A program made the translations under genes and the position numbers. The notes beneath the pieces were generated by a model that saw only the letters and a program-made list of their open reading frames with translations, did not search any database and had not been told where the DNA came from. From Actinomycetota bacterium (GTDB lineage Bacteria; Actinomycetota; Actinomycetes; Mycobacteriales; Mycobacteriaceae): DNA of 64,000 bases. Numbering within the stretch: the stretch's first letter is position 1; the number at the start of each line of letters is the position of its first letter. Where the stretch lies: the NCBI GenBank assembly GCA_046735135.1, contig JBKPSU010000008.1, positions 30,580-94,579 on the forward strand, written 5' to 3'. This document shows, in pieces, positions 1 through 8,895 of this stretch.

Positions 1-612
1 AAATCGACGTTGTGCCGCACCATCAATCGGCTCGAGACCATCGAATCCGGCACCATCGAGATCGACGGTGACGTATTGCCCTCCGAAGGTCGCAAGCTGG
101 CACAGCTTCGCTCCGACGTCGGCATGGTCTTTCAGTCCTTCAATCTGTTCGCGCACAAGACAATTCTCGACAACGTCATGCTGGCTCCCAGGAAGGTCCG
201 CAAAGCGTCCAAGCAAGACGCGCGCACCAAGGCGATGGAACTGCTGGAACGAGTGGGGGTCGCCAACCAGGCGGATAAATACCCGGCACAGCTATCTGGC
301 GGCCAGCAGCAGCGGGTGGCCATCGCGCGCTCCCTTGCAATGAACCCGAAGGTGATGCTGTTCGACGAGCCGACCAGCGCGCTGGACCCGGAGATGATCA
401 GCGAAGTCCTGTCGGTGATGACGTCGCTGGCCAAGGACGGCATGACCATGATCGTGGTGACCCACGAGATGGGCTTCGCGCGCGGTGCGGCCAACCGCGT
501 CGTCTTCATGTCCGACGGCGCCATCGTCGAGGCCGCAGAACCCAAGGAGTTCTTCACCAATCCCAAGTCCGACCGCGCCAAAGACTTCCTCGGAAAGATT
601 CTCAAGCACTGA
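1..612 (+). CDS. gluA: Glutamate/polar amino-acid ABC transporter ATP-binding protein (5' end cut by window)
   Basis: The frame is open from base 1 ([12 protein letters not shown] continues a Walker A GKST). ABC signature [15 protein letters not shown] and Walker [12 protein letters not shown] are present. A binding protein and two permease genes follow. Confidence 0.9.
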   Translation, partial: KSTLCRTINRLETIESGTIEIDGDVLPSEGRKLAQLRSDVGMVFQSFNLFAHKTILDNVMLAPRKVRKASKQDARTKAMELLERVGVANQADKYPAQLSGGQQQRVAIARSLAMNPKVMLFDEPTSALDPEMISEVLSVMTSLAKDGMTMIVVTHEMGFARGAANRVVFMSDGAIVEAAEPKEFFTNPKSDRAKDFLGKILKH

Positions 613-645
613 GTTCATTGTTGCCCCGGCGAAAGGAACACCAAT

Positions 646-1461
646 ATGCCGTCCTTCTCATTGCGTGTCGCAGGTGCCATCGCGCTGGCGGTCGCCATCC
701 CGTTAGCGGCCACGGCCTGCGGGGGCGGCGGTGGTGGCGGCGACACCATCGTCATCGGGACGAAGTTCGACCAGCCCGGTCTCGGCCTGAAGAACCCCGA
801 CGGCACGATGAGCGGGTTCGACGTGGACGTGGCCAAGTACGTCGCCAAGGACCTCGGCTTCAACGAGGACAAGATCGAGTGGAAGGAATCGCCTTCCGGC
901 CAGCGGGAGACGCTGATCCAAAACGACCAGGTCAAGTTCATCGCCGCCACCTACTCGATCACCGATGCCCGTAAGGAGAAGGTCAGCTTCGCCGGGCCGT
1001 ATCTGGTCACCGGCCAGAGCCTGCTGGTCAAGGCCGACAACGCGGACATCACGGGCGCGGAGTCGCTGCAGAACAACAAGAAGCTCTGCTCGGTGTCGGG
1101 TTCGACGCCCGCACAGCGGATCAAGGACAAGTACCCCGGCGTTCAGCTGCAGCAGTACGACACCTATTCGGCATGCGTCGAGGCGCTGAAGAACGGAGCC
1201 ATCGATGCCGTGACGACCGACGAGGTCATCCTGGCCGGCTACGCCGCGCAGAGCCCCGGCGTGTTCAAGATCGTCGGCAAGCCGTTCTCGGAGGAGAACT
1301 ACGGCATCGGCCTGAAAAAGGGCGACACCGAGCTGTGCACCAAGATCACCGACGCCATCAAGAAGATGGAGTCCGACGGCGCGTGGAAGACCGCGTGGGA
1401 CAAGAACCTCGGTCCGGCGGGTCTCACCGCGCCGACGCCGCCGGCGCCCGCCGCCTGCTGA
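646..1461 (+). CDS. gluB: Glutamate-binding lipoprotein, ABC substrate-binding component
   Basis: N-terminal signal peptide ends in a lipobox-like LAATAC followed by a Gly run. The body resembles a family-3 solute-binding protein (GTKFDQPGLG, ATYSITDARK). It lies between the ATPase and the permeases. Confidence 0.9.
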   Translation: MPSFSLRVAGAIALAVAIPLAATACGGGGGGGDTIVIGTKFDQPGLGLKNPDGTMSGFDVDVAKYVAKDLGFNEDKIEWKESPSGQRETLIQNDQVKFIAATYSITDARKEKVSFAGPYLVTGQSLLVKADNADITGAESLQNNKKLCSVSGSTPAQRIKDKYPGVQLQQYDTYSACVEALKNGAIDAVTTDEVILAGYAAQSPGVFKIVGKPFSEENYGIGLKKGDTELCTKITDAIKKMESDGAWKTAWDKNLGPAGLTAPTPPAPAAC

Positions 1462-1480
1462 GCGCGGTCGGGAGGCAGAG

Positions 1481-2170
1481 CTGAACACAGAGGTCCTACC
1501 CGGTTTCACCGTCGGCCAGATCGTCGAGGCGTTCTGGACGACGATCCAGCTGACGGTGTACTCCGCCATCGGCGCGTTGATCCTCGGCACGGCGCTGGCG
1601 GCAATGCGGCTCGCGCCGGTGCCGATGCTCAACTGGATCGGAACGAGCTACGTCAACGTCGTGCGCAACACCCCGCTCACCCTCATCATCCTGTTCTGTT
1701 CGTTCGGGCTGGCCCAGACGCTCGGCATCACACTCGTCGACTCCAAGTCGTTGACGTCGATCGAGGACAGCAATTTCCGCCTTGCGGTGCTCGGATTCAC
1801 GATCTACACCGCATCTTTCGTATGTGAAACCGTGCGCTCCGGGGTGAACACGATACCGATCGGGCAGGCCGAAGCGGCACGGTCGCTTGGACTGACGTTC
1901 GGACAGAATCTGCGAATGGTCCTCCTACCGCAGGCTTTTCGCGCAGTCATCAGTCCGTTGGGCTCGGTATTGATCGCCTTGACCAAGAACACGACGATCG
2001 CTTCGGCGATCGGGGTGGCCGAGGCGGCGTTGCTGATGAAGGAAATGATCGAGAACACGGCGGCGCTGATCACCGTCGGTGCGATCTTCGCGGGCGGGTT
2101 CCTCATCCTGACGCTGCCGACGGGTCTGTTCTTTGGGTGGCTGGGTAAACGGCTCGCGGTGAGTCAATGA
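1481..2170 (+). CDS. gluC: Glutamate ABC transporter permease, probable CTG start
   Basis: His/Glu/Gln-type permease (EAARSLGL...LPQA loop). Protein-like sequence (NTEVLPGFTVGQIVEAFWTTIQLT) extends upstream of the first canonical start, GTG 1556. GGAGG at 1471-1475 sits 5 nt before CTG 1481. That start gives 229 aa, about the length I recall for C. glutamicum GluC. Confidence 0.75.
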   Translation: MNTEVLPGFTVGQIVEAFWTTIQLTVYSAIGALILGTALAAMRLAPVPMLNWIGTSYVNVVRNTPLTLIILFCSFGLAQTLGITLVDSKSLTSIEDSNFRLAVLGFTIYTASFVCETVRSGVNTIPIGQAEAARSLGLTFGQNLRMVLLPQAFRAVISPLGSVLIALTKNTTIASAIGVAEAALLMKEMIENTAALITVGAIFAGGFLILTLPTGLFFGWLGKRLAVSQ

Positions 2171-3057
2171 GCTCGGCATCGGTACTTTTCGACGCGCCCG
2201 GCCCACGGGCGCGAGTACGCAACCACGTCATCACGGGCGTGACCCTCGCAGTCACACTGCTGGTGATCTGGATCATCTACTCGAAACTGCTGTCGAAGGG
2301 CCAGCTGGAAGCGGAGAAGTGGAAGCCCTTTGTCAGTGCGAACCTGTGGAAGACCTACATCCTGCCGGGTGTCCAGGGCACATTGACCGCTGCCGCGGTA
2401 TCGATCGTGCTGGCGCTGGTGCTGGGATTCGTCCTCGGCGTCGGCCGATTGTCGTCCCACAACGGGATGCGATGGCTGTCCGCCGTGATGGTGGAGTTCT
2501 TCCGCGCCGTGCCTGTGCTGATCATGATGATCTTCGCGTACTTCCTGTACGCGTTATATGACGTGTTCCCGTCGAAACATCTTGCGCTTGCAGGTGTGAT
2601 CACGGGCCTGACGCTGTACAACGGCGCCGTCATCGCGGAGATTGTGCGCGCAGGCGTGAACGCACTGCCGCGCGGCCAGTCTGAGGCGTCGTTCTCGCTC
2701 GGCCTGACCTGGGGACAGACCATGCGGTCGATCCTGTTGCCCCAGGCCGTCACCTCGATGTTGCCGGTACTGATCTCACAGCTGGTCGTCGTGCTGAAGG
2801 ACACCGCGATCGGCTACCAGATCACGTTCTTGGAGATGGTGCGGCAGGGCACGCAGGTCGGCTCGGCCTATGGCAACTACATTCCCGCCCTCATCGTCAT
2901 CGCGGTGCTGATGATCACCGTGAACTTCGCGCTGTCACACTTTGCGGTATGGCTGGAGGGCCGAATGCGGCGGTCCCGTCGCGGCCCGGCACCGATGCAC
3001 GTCGACCAGCCCGTCACCCAAGGCACGTTCGCCGCAGGCGGCGGCGGCACAATCTGA
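2167..3057 (+). CDS. gluD: Glutamate ABC transporter permease
   Basis: ATGA overlap with gluC. Multi-TM protein with the EASFSLGLTWGQTMRSILLPQA permease loop. Confidence 0.9.
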   Translation: MSSASVLFDAPGPRARVRNHVITGVTLAVTLLVIWIIYSKLLSKGQLEAEKWKPFVSANLWKTYILPGVQGTLTAAAVSIVLALVLGFVLGVGRLSSHNGMRWLSAVMVEFFRAVPVLIMMIFAYFLYALYDVFPSKHLALAGVITGLTLYNGAVIAEIVRAGVNALPRGQSEASFSLGLTWGQTMRSILLPQAVTSMLPVLISQLVVVLKDTAIGYQITFLEMVRQGTQVGSAYGNYIPALIVIAVLMITVNFALSHFAVWLEGRMRRSRRGPAPMHVDQPVTQGTFAAGGGGTI

Positions 3058-3163
3058 ACCCTGCGGTGAGCCTGGCAGCCTGCTGATTCGTGCCCGAAGA
3101 GGCTAGCCGCATGTTCTGCGTGGGGTCGAACTGATCACGGACACACTCACCCGGAGGGTCGTC

Positions 3164-3946
3164 ATGAATGTATCTGTCCGTTCGTATCTGGCATCGGCCT
3201 GGTGGCGGCCGCAGGCGCAATCGTCGTGGCGCCCATGGATGTGCAAGCACCCGCCGAGGCGGTACCCGTCGCCCTTGTCGCGCAAGTGCAGCCGCTGCAG
3301 CTGCCTGCGCTGATCGCCCAGCAGGAGTCCTTCAACACCGGCGTCGCAGTCGATTTCGTAGTAACCGGGGCGGGCTGACGACATCCGCAACGGGACACCG
3401 ATTCCGATCGCGTTGGGACGCGCGGTCGTCGGATTGATGAACATCGAAGTGGGCGCAGGCACGAACTGGTGGGCTTCGGCAGGGAGTTTGGTGGACTTTC
3501 AGCTTCAATTCCTCGGCGACCTGGTTTCGACGCTGCCGCCGGTCATAGCGGCACCCGACCGTCAGTCGCTCGCGGTGAGCGCTGACGCGGTTCACACCGT
3601 CAGCGATCTGACCGACGGCGTCATCGACCGTCTGGCGCAGTTGACACCCAATGTGCCGCTCGCGCAGACACACTCACGTCAGACCTCGCGGACCGCAACG
3701 TCACTCCAACCGAACGTGGGGTCACTTCGCCGAGACGACCCGAAACCGATTGTCGTGGCACGTGATTCGACCAACGCCGCGACAGCCCCCTGCGGGGACA
3801 CTGGGCGGAGTGTCAGCGATACTCTTCGCGATGCGGTACGCCATTCGCTGAGCGGCATCGGCGACCATCAGCAGCAGCACCGGCGCGACCGCCACCAGGA
3901 CAAGTCGGCCGAAGACAAGACCGAGCACGCCAAATCGCACGACTAA
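3164..3946 (+). pseudogene. Possible frame-disrupted secreted-protein gene (pieces in two frames)
   Basis: ATG 3164 (MNVSVRSYLAS...) stops after 49 codons. The adjacent frame, which has no start codon, encodes a signal-peptide-like stretch (SGIGLVAAAGAIVVAPMDVQAPAEA...FNTGVAVDFVVTGAG) ending at 3378. The original frame then resumes as the 3413-3946 ORF with coding-like codon usage. Confidence 0.3.
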
Positions 3947-4797
3947 GCGGGGCGATCCCGGGCGCTAATCAGTTCCGCGCAGCGCGCCAGCTGCTGCACC
4001 GTCGGCGGTTGGTAGAACGACAGCACTACATGCTGGCAGCCGACGGCTTCCAGCTCAGGAAATGCGGCCAGTTGCTCGTCGAGGTGACCCTCGTCCGCGG
4101 GTCGAACGAACAGCTGCACCGAGCGCCGGATCTCGGCCGGATCCCGACCGACCTCTTCGCATGCCTCGTCGAGGGCGGCGCTGATTTTCGCCCATGCGGC
4201 AACGTCGCCGTGGCTGGGCACATTCCACTCGTCGGCATGGCGCGCGATGACCCGCAACATCTTGGGTTTCTCTCCGCCGACGACGATCGGTGGATGCGGC
4301 CGCTGAAGAGGCTTGGGTTCGCAGACCGCGTCACGCAGTGTGTAGAAGCGGCCTTCGTGCCTGACCGACTCCTCTGTCCACATGCGTCTGATCACCGTCA
4401 GCGCCTCGTCCAGCATCGCCACTCGTGTTCCCGCACCGGGGAAGTCGATTCCATAGCCTCGGTGCTCGGCCTCATGCCAGCCGGCGCCGAGCCCGAAGAC
4501 AAGCCGTCCACCGCTGATGTGGTCGACAGTGACCGCCATTTTCGCCAACACCGCGGGATTGCGGTACAGCACACCCGAGACCAGGCAAGTCACCCGCGCC
4601 CGCGCGACGACCGCGGCCATGGCGGCCAGCGACGTCCAGCCCTCCAATGTCGGAGCGGTGGGCTCGGTCAGCCCGTAGAAGTGGTCGTAGTTGGCGACCG
4701 AATAGAAGCCCAGTTCGTCGGCGATGCGCCAGAAGTCACGGAGCACCGGATAGCCGAACGTGGGGGCGAGTTTGGCCGACAGCAGCATCGCCCGCAA
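3943..4797 (-). CDS. Luciferase-like (LLM class) F420-dependent oxidoreductase
   Basis: LLM-family look (LVFGLGAGWHEAEHRGYGIDFP, PHPPIVVGGEKPKMLRVIARHADEWN). The start is either TTG 4797 or ATG 4788. Confidence 0.8.
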   Translation of the reverse strand: MRAMLLSAKLAPTFGYPVLRDFWRIADELGFYSVANYDHFYGLTEPTAPTLEGWTSLAAMAAVVARARVTCLVSGVLYRNPAVLAKMAVTVDHISGGRLVFGLGAGWHEAEHRGYGIDFPGAGTRVAMLDEALTVIRRMWTEESVRHEGRFYTLRDAVCEPKPLQRPHPPIVVGGEKPKMLRVIARHADEWNVPSHGDVAAWAKISAALDEACEEVGRDPAEIRRSVQLFVRPADEGHLDEQLAAFPELEAVGCQHVVLSFYQPPTVQQLARCAELISARDRPA

Positions 4798-4809
4798 ACC
4801 TACCGTGTG

Positions 4810-5343
4810 TCAGACGGTCCGGCGCTCGCGTTCGTTGGCGAGTTCAACGGTGACCACGTCGAGCGCCATCGACTGGTGATACCCGCGACGCGCCAGCATC
4901 CCCACGAGCCTGCGCATCACCTTGGCGTCATCGTCGTCGCCGAGGCGCTCCCGGCGCAGCTTGTCACGGACCAGCTGTTCGGCCCGCTCCCGCTCCGCGC
5001 CTGCGTCGATATCGGCAAGGGCAGCAGTGATCACCTCGTTGTCCACGCCTTTGGTGCGCAGCTCGGCAGCCAAGGCGCGCTTGCCTTTTCCGGCATTGAC
5101 CCCCCGCGAACGCACCCACTGCTCGGCGAAGCCGGCATCGTCGACGAGGCCCACCTCGGCCAGCCGGTCGAGCACCTGGGCACTGACGTCGTCGGGGTAG
5201 CCCCGCTTGGTCAGCTGGCCGGCCAGCTCGGCCCTGGTGCGAGCCCTCGCGGTGAGCAGGCGCAAGCAGAGCGTCCGCGCCTGCTCCTCGCGGGAGAGTT
5301 CAGCCGACTTAGAAGTCAACGGGGGCGGGCAGGACTTCGTCAT
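4810..5343 (-). CDS. recX: RecA regulator RecX
   Basis: RecX repeat architecture ([24 protein letters not shown]...). Its 5' end overlaps the recA 3' end by 35 nt, as in other mycobacteria. Confidence 0.95.
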   Translation of the reverse strand: MTKSCPPPLTSKSAELSREEQARTLCLRLLTARARTRAELAGQLTKRGYPDDVSAQVLDRLAEVGLVDDAGFAEQWVRSRGVNAGKGKRALAAELRTKGVDNEVITAALADIDAGAERERAEQLVRDKLRRERLGDDDDAKVMRRLVGMLARRGYHQSMALDVVTVELANERERRTV

Positions 5344-7453
5344 CGGTCACCACGGCGCCAATACCGAGCTTTTCTTTGATCTTCTTCTCGACCTCGTTGG
5401 CCACGTCGACGTTTTCCATCAGGAAGGTGCGCGCGTTCTCCTTGCCCTGGCCCAGTTGCTCGCCCTCGTAGGTGAACCACGAACCGGACTTGCGGATGAA
5501 GCCCTGCTCGACACCCATGTCGATGAGCGAGCCCTCCTTGCTGATGCCCTTGCCGTAGAGGATGTCGAACTCGGCCTGCTTGAACGGCGGCGAGACTTTG
5601 TTCTTGACCACCTTGACGCGGGTGCGGTTGCCGACCGCGTCGGTGCCGTCCTTCAGCGTCTCGATTCGCCTGACGTCCAAACGAACGGAGGCGTAGAACT
5701 TCAGCGCCTTTCCGCCCGTTGTCGTTTCGGGCGAATTGTGCACCATGACGCCGTCGGCAAAGTAGTTGTGCGAGCCTTCGACCTCGATGTCGAAGCGATT
5801 CATGATGGGATAGTCCGTCTTCGACTCGATCTCGGTGACACGTGCCGGCATCAGTTGCATCGTTTGCTCAACAAACTGCGGTTCCAACCTGAACTGGCCA
5901 CGGAAGCGCGGTAGCAGCTTGTATTCCATGGACGGATGCACATATGGCGCAATCAGCTCCTGGAACTTTGCGCTGGCCTGCGTCGAGAAGACCAGCATTG
6001 CCTTGCCCCGGGAACCGGCGTATCGCAAACGGACATCGAGCCCATGAGTGTCCCGCAGATAGTCACGCAGGCGCACTCGCGATCCCTCGCTCATAGCCTC
6101 CACATGGACCTCGATTCGCCCGCTGCCGCCCTCGGTACGTTGCTGCAGCCCCTTGGAGCGCACACTGAACGACCCGTCGTCCATGTACCAGATCGCCAAC
6201 GCTAACGGCGTGAGCGCCTTCAAGTACTCCTCGGAGAGGACCTTCTTACCGTCGCCCAGGTACACCGCGGACCTCAACTCGTGAAGCTCGGCGAGGGGGG
6301 TAAAGTCGGCGAACACTGCACCCTTGCTGTTACTGGTGCGGCAGTGTGGGATATTCCCCAGCAGCGAGACTTTCCAATCGAGATAGTCCGACTGCCTCGC
6401 CCCGTGTCCCATACGGAGCCGGGCAGATTCCGAATCTTGTCGCACGGGTGGAGATAGGCATCCGTCGCCCATCAACGTACCCAGCACAACTTCCCACTGC
6501 TGATCGCTGAGCAGGCTTGGTTGCGCCAACATCACTCGATCGCCAACACGAATGTCTTCAGCTTCACGCCAGCCACCCGGAGTGCGGATGAGATGGTTAC
6601 GCGTCATCGCCAAGCGGGCATGGCCATGTCCTGACCCGCCGCCAGCCCGGTCGACTTTGAAGTGCAGGAACTCTTCGGTCTTGCCATTGTTGAACCAATT
6701 AGTCACCTTGCGAGGCACAATTTGGCCGGACTCGAAGTCGTAGGACAGGACCTCTACATCCATCTTCTGGTTCACAATCTTGCCGAGCTTTTCCGTCGAA
6801 CCATCGGCGAGAATGACATTGGTGTACCAGGACCCGCACCCGAACATTACTCCGATCTTCTCCCGAAGCTGGTTGATGAAGATCGCGGTGGTGCCCGAAT
6901 TGTTCAGTGCGCCGGTCATCTTCCGCAGTGCCTGACTCATCAGCCGGGCCTGCAGGCCGACGTGGCTGTCGCCCATCTCGCCTTCGATCTCGGCGCGCGG
7001 CACCAGCGCGGCCACCGAGTCGATGACCAGGATGTCCAGCGCTCCGGACCGGATCAGCATGTCGGCGATCTCCAGCGCCTGCTCACCCGTGTCGGGCTGC
7101 GACACCAGCAGCGAGTCGGTGTCCACGCCGAGCTTGCTGGCGTACTCCGGGTCCAGCGCGTGCTCGGCGTCGATGAACGCCGCGATGCCGCCCGCCGCTT
7201 GGGCGTTGGCGACCGCGTGCAGCGCGACGGTGGTCTTACCCGAGGATTCCGGGCCGTAGATCTCGACGACACGGCCGCGCGGCAGCCCGCCGATGCCGAG
7301 CGCCACGTCCAGCGCGATCGAGCCGGTGGGAATGACGGAGATCGGCTGGCGCACTTCCTCGCCGAGCCGCATCACCGAGCCCTTGCCGAAGTTCTTGTCG
7401 ATTTGCGCGAGTGCCAGCTCGAGGGCTTTCTCGCGATCAGGGGCCTGCGACAT
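5309..7453 (-). CDS. recA: Recombinase RecA precursor containing an intein (714 aa; 346 aa after splicing)
   Basis: [31 protein letters not shown] start at ATG 7453. Walker [10 protein letters not shown]. The sequence is interrupted after KIGVMFG and resumes at [23 protein letters not shown]. The 36-codon upstream extension in the ORF track covers the promoter elements and is rejected. Confidence 0.95.
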   Translation of the reverse strand: MSQAPDREKALELALAQIDKNFGKGSVMRLGEEVRQPISVIPTGSIALDVALGIGGLPRGRVVEIYGPESSGKTTVALHAVANAQAAGGIAAFIDAEHALDPEYASKLGVDTDSLLVSQPDTGEQALEIADMLIRSGALDILVIDSVAALVPRAEIEGEMGDSHVGLQARLMSQALRKMTGALNNSGTTAIFINQLREKIGVMFGCGSWYTNVILADGSTEKLGKIVNQKMDVEVLSYDFESGQIVPRKVTNWFNNGKTEEFLHFKVDRAGGGSGHGHARLAMTRNHLIRTPGGWREAEDIRVGDRVMLAQPSLLSDQQWEVVLGTLMGDGCLSPPVRQDSESARLRMGHGARQSDYLDWKVSLLGNIPHCRTSNSKGAVFADFTPLAELHELRSAVYLGDGKKVLSEEYLKALTPLALAIWYMDDGSFSVRSKGLQQRTEGGSGRIEVHVEAMSEGSRVRLRDYLRDTHGLDVRLRYAGSRGKAMLVFSTQASAKFQELIAPYVHPSMEYKLLPRFRGQFRLEPQFVEQTMQLMPARVTEIESKTDYPIMNRFDIEVEGSHNYFADGVMVHNSPETTTGGKALKFYASVRLDVRRIETLKDGTDAVGNRTRVKVVKNKVSPPFKQAEFDILYGKGISKEGSLIDMGVEQGFIRKSGSWFTYEGEQLGQGKENARTFLMENVDVANEVEKKIKEKLGIGAVVTDDEVLPAPVDF
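5735..6838 (-). mobile_element. RecA intein (368 aa) with LAGLIDADG homing-endonuclease domain
   Basis: Starts at Cys ([14 protein letters not shown]) directly after extein GVMFG. Block B is TRNH. LAGLIDADG-like motifs [10 protein letters not shown] and [11 protein letters not shown] are present. Ends GVMVHN, followed by Ser (+1) of SPETTTGG. Confidence 0.9.
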
Positions 7454-7503
7454 GGGGTTGGTCTCCGTCCTTGCGGTGATCGGTTCTTGATCGGTTGGCC
7501 GTG

Positions 7504-7526
7504 ACGTTAGAGGTAGGTGCCGACAA
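7504..7526 (-). promoter_or_regulatory. RecA-NDp-like (PafBC-type) promoter motif upstream of recA
   Basis: The minus strand reads TTGTCGGCA-CCTACCTC-TAACGT. This fits the published tTGTCRgtg-N8-TAnnnT pattern and lies about 50 nt upstream of the recA ATG. Confidence 0.6.
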
Positions 7527-7554
7527 GTTGTCGTCCCGCTGTCGCCACAGTAGA

Positions 7555-7568
7555 CGAACACGTGTTCG
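7555..7568. promoter_or_regulatory. LexA SOS (Cheo) box
   Basis: Perfect palindrome CGAAC-ACGT-GTTCG (mycobacterial consensus TCGAAC-N4-GTTCGA). It lies about 100 nt upstream of recA and about 83 nt upstream of the divergent hypA. Confidence 0.85.
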
Positions 7569-7650
7569 ATTCAAGCTGACACGCCGATCGTCGGCGGGTC
7601 GACGCGAAATCGGCCTATCGTGGGGTCACGCCGAAAGCGATCGGACAGAC

Positions 7651-7980
7651 ATGCACGAAATGGCGATCACGCAGAGTGTGGTCGACGCGGTGTGTGAGCA
7701 TGCCGCGGGCCGCCGCGTGCACAGTGTGAAACTCGAGGTCGGCGAGTTGTGCGCGGTCGTACCCGACTCGATGCAGTTCTGCTTCGAGCTGGCCACCCAG
7801 GGCACGGTCGCCGACGGCGCCCTGCTCGATCTCGACGTCCAGCCCGGCAAGGCACACTGCCGCACCTGTCGACGCCGGTTCGAGTTGCACGACTTGATCC
7901 TGCTGTGCCCGTGCGGGAGTGCCGATGTCGAAGTGTTGGCGGGCCGCGACTTACGGATCCTCTCGATGGAAGTGAGCTGA
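7651..7980 (+). CDS. hypA: Hydrogenase nickel-insertion protein HypA
   Basis: MHEMAITQSVVDAV N-terminus and zinc-site CxxC...CPxC (CRTCRRRF...CPCGS). 109 aa. Confidence 0.9.
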   Translation: MHEMAITQSVVDAVCEHAAGRRVHSVKLEVGELCAVVPDSMQFCFELATQGTVADGALLDLDVQPGKAHCRTCRRRFELHDLILLCPCGSADVEVLAGRDLRILSMEVS

Positions 7981-7982
7981 CC

Positions 7983-8795
7983 ATGTGCGCAACGTGCGGC
8001 TGCGGCGACGACGGCGTCGTCATCACGCTTGCGGGAAACGGGCACCACGAGCACAGCCACGAGCACACCGACGACCATCATCACGGCGACGGCCATGCCC
8101 ATACCGAGACCATCTCGCTGGAGCAGAAGGTTCTGCAGAAGAACGACCTGCTCGCCGAACAGAACCGGACATGGCTCGCCGAGCGCGGCGTCCTCGCGCT
8201 CAACATCACCAGCTCGCCGGGAGCCGGTAAGACGACGCTGCTCGAGCGCACCATCCGCGAACTCAAGGACGACAGACCCGTCGCCGTCATCGAAGGCGAT
8301 CAGGAAACCCTGCTCGACGCCGAGCGCATCAAGGCGGCCGGAGCGCGAGCGGTTCAGGTCAACACCGGGGCGGGTTGTCACCTCGACGCGGACATGGTGC
8401 ACCGCGCCCTGCACGCACTCGATCCCGGTTCGGGTTCGCTGCTGTTCATCGAGAACGTGGGAAACCTGGTGTGCCCGGCGCTGTTCGACCTCGGCGAGCA
8501 GAGCAAAGTCGTCGTCATCTCGGTCACCGAAGGAGTCGACAAACCGCTCAAGTATCCGCACATGTTTGCCGCGGCGGACCTTGTGATCGTCAACAAGATC
8601 GATCTTCTGCCGTATGTGGACTTCGATCTTGAAAGATGCGCTGGCTACGCGCGCTCAGTTAACCCTGGCGTTAATATTTTGCCGATGTCCGCCACTACCG
8701 GAGAGGGTGTCCCGGCATGGTACGAGTGGATCTCTTCGCAGGCAGGCGCATCGGCAAACGCGGATATGTCACTAGATTCCGTTGACAAGACATAG
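7983..8795 (+). CDS. hypB: Hydrogenase nickel-incorporation GTPase HypB
   Basis: N-terminal MCATCGC motif, His-rich tract (HHEHSHEHTDDHHHGDGHAH), P-loop SSPGAGKTTL, ENVGNLVCPA, NKIDL. Confidence 0.93.
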   Translation: MCATCGCGDDGVVITLAGNGHHEHSHEHTDDHHHGDGHAHTETISLEQKVLQKNDLLAEQNRTWLAERGVLALNITSSPGAGKTTLLERTIRELKDDRPVAVIEGDQETLLDAERIKAAGARAVQVNTGAGCHLDADMVHRALHALDPGSGSLLFIENVGNLVCPALFDLGEQSKVVVISVTEGVDKPLKYPHMFAAADLVIVNKIDLLPYVDFDLERCAGYARSVNPGVNILPMSATTGEGVPAWYEWISSQAGASANADMSLDSVDKT

Positions 8796-8895
8796 GGGCC
8801 GGAGTAAACCGAGAAATTAGCGCTCGACAACACGGGTGCGCCCGTCCGATGTGGCGATTGGGGCTCCCAGCCCGGGCCCCGGAAAGCTGTGACAT

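Noticed and set aside
4009-5379. 456-aa plus-strand ORF spanning the LLM oxidoreductase, recX and the recA 3' end
   Set aside because: It is antisense to three well-supported genes. Its composition is Arg/Gly/His-rich low complexity, typical of shadow ORFs in high-GC DNA. It has no recognisable motif.
7454-7561. 36-codon N-terminal extension of recA in the ORF track (and similar extensions on hypA, hypB, hypD, thyA, dapA, pepR, ftsK and others)
   Set aside because: The conserved protein N-termini begin at internal ATG or GTG codons with RBS-like sequences. The extensions cover promoter elements or neighbouring genes and are Arg/Pro-rich.
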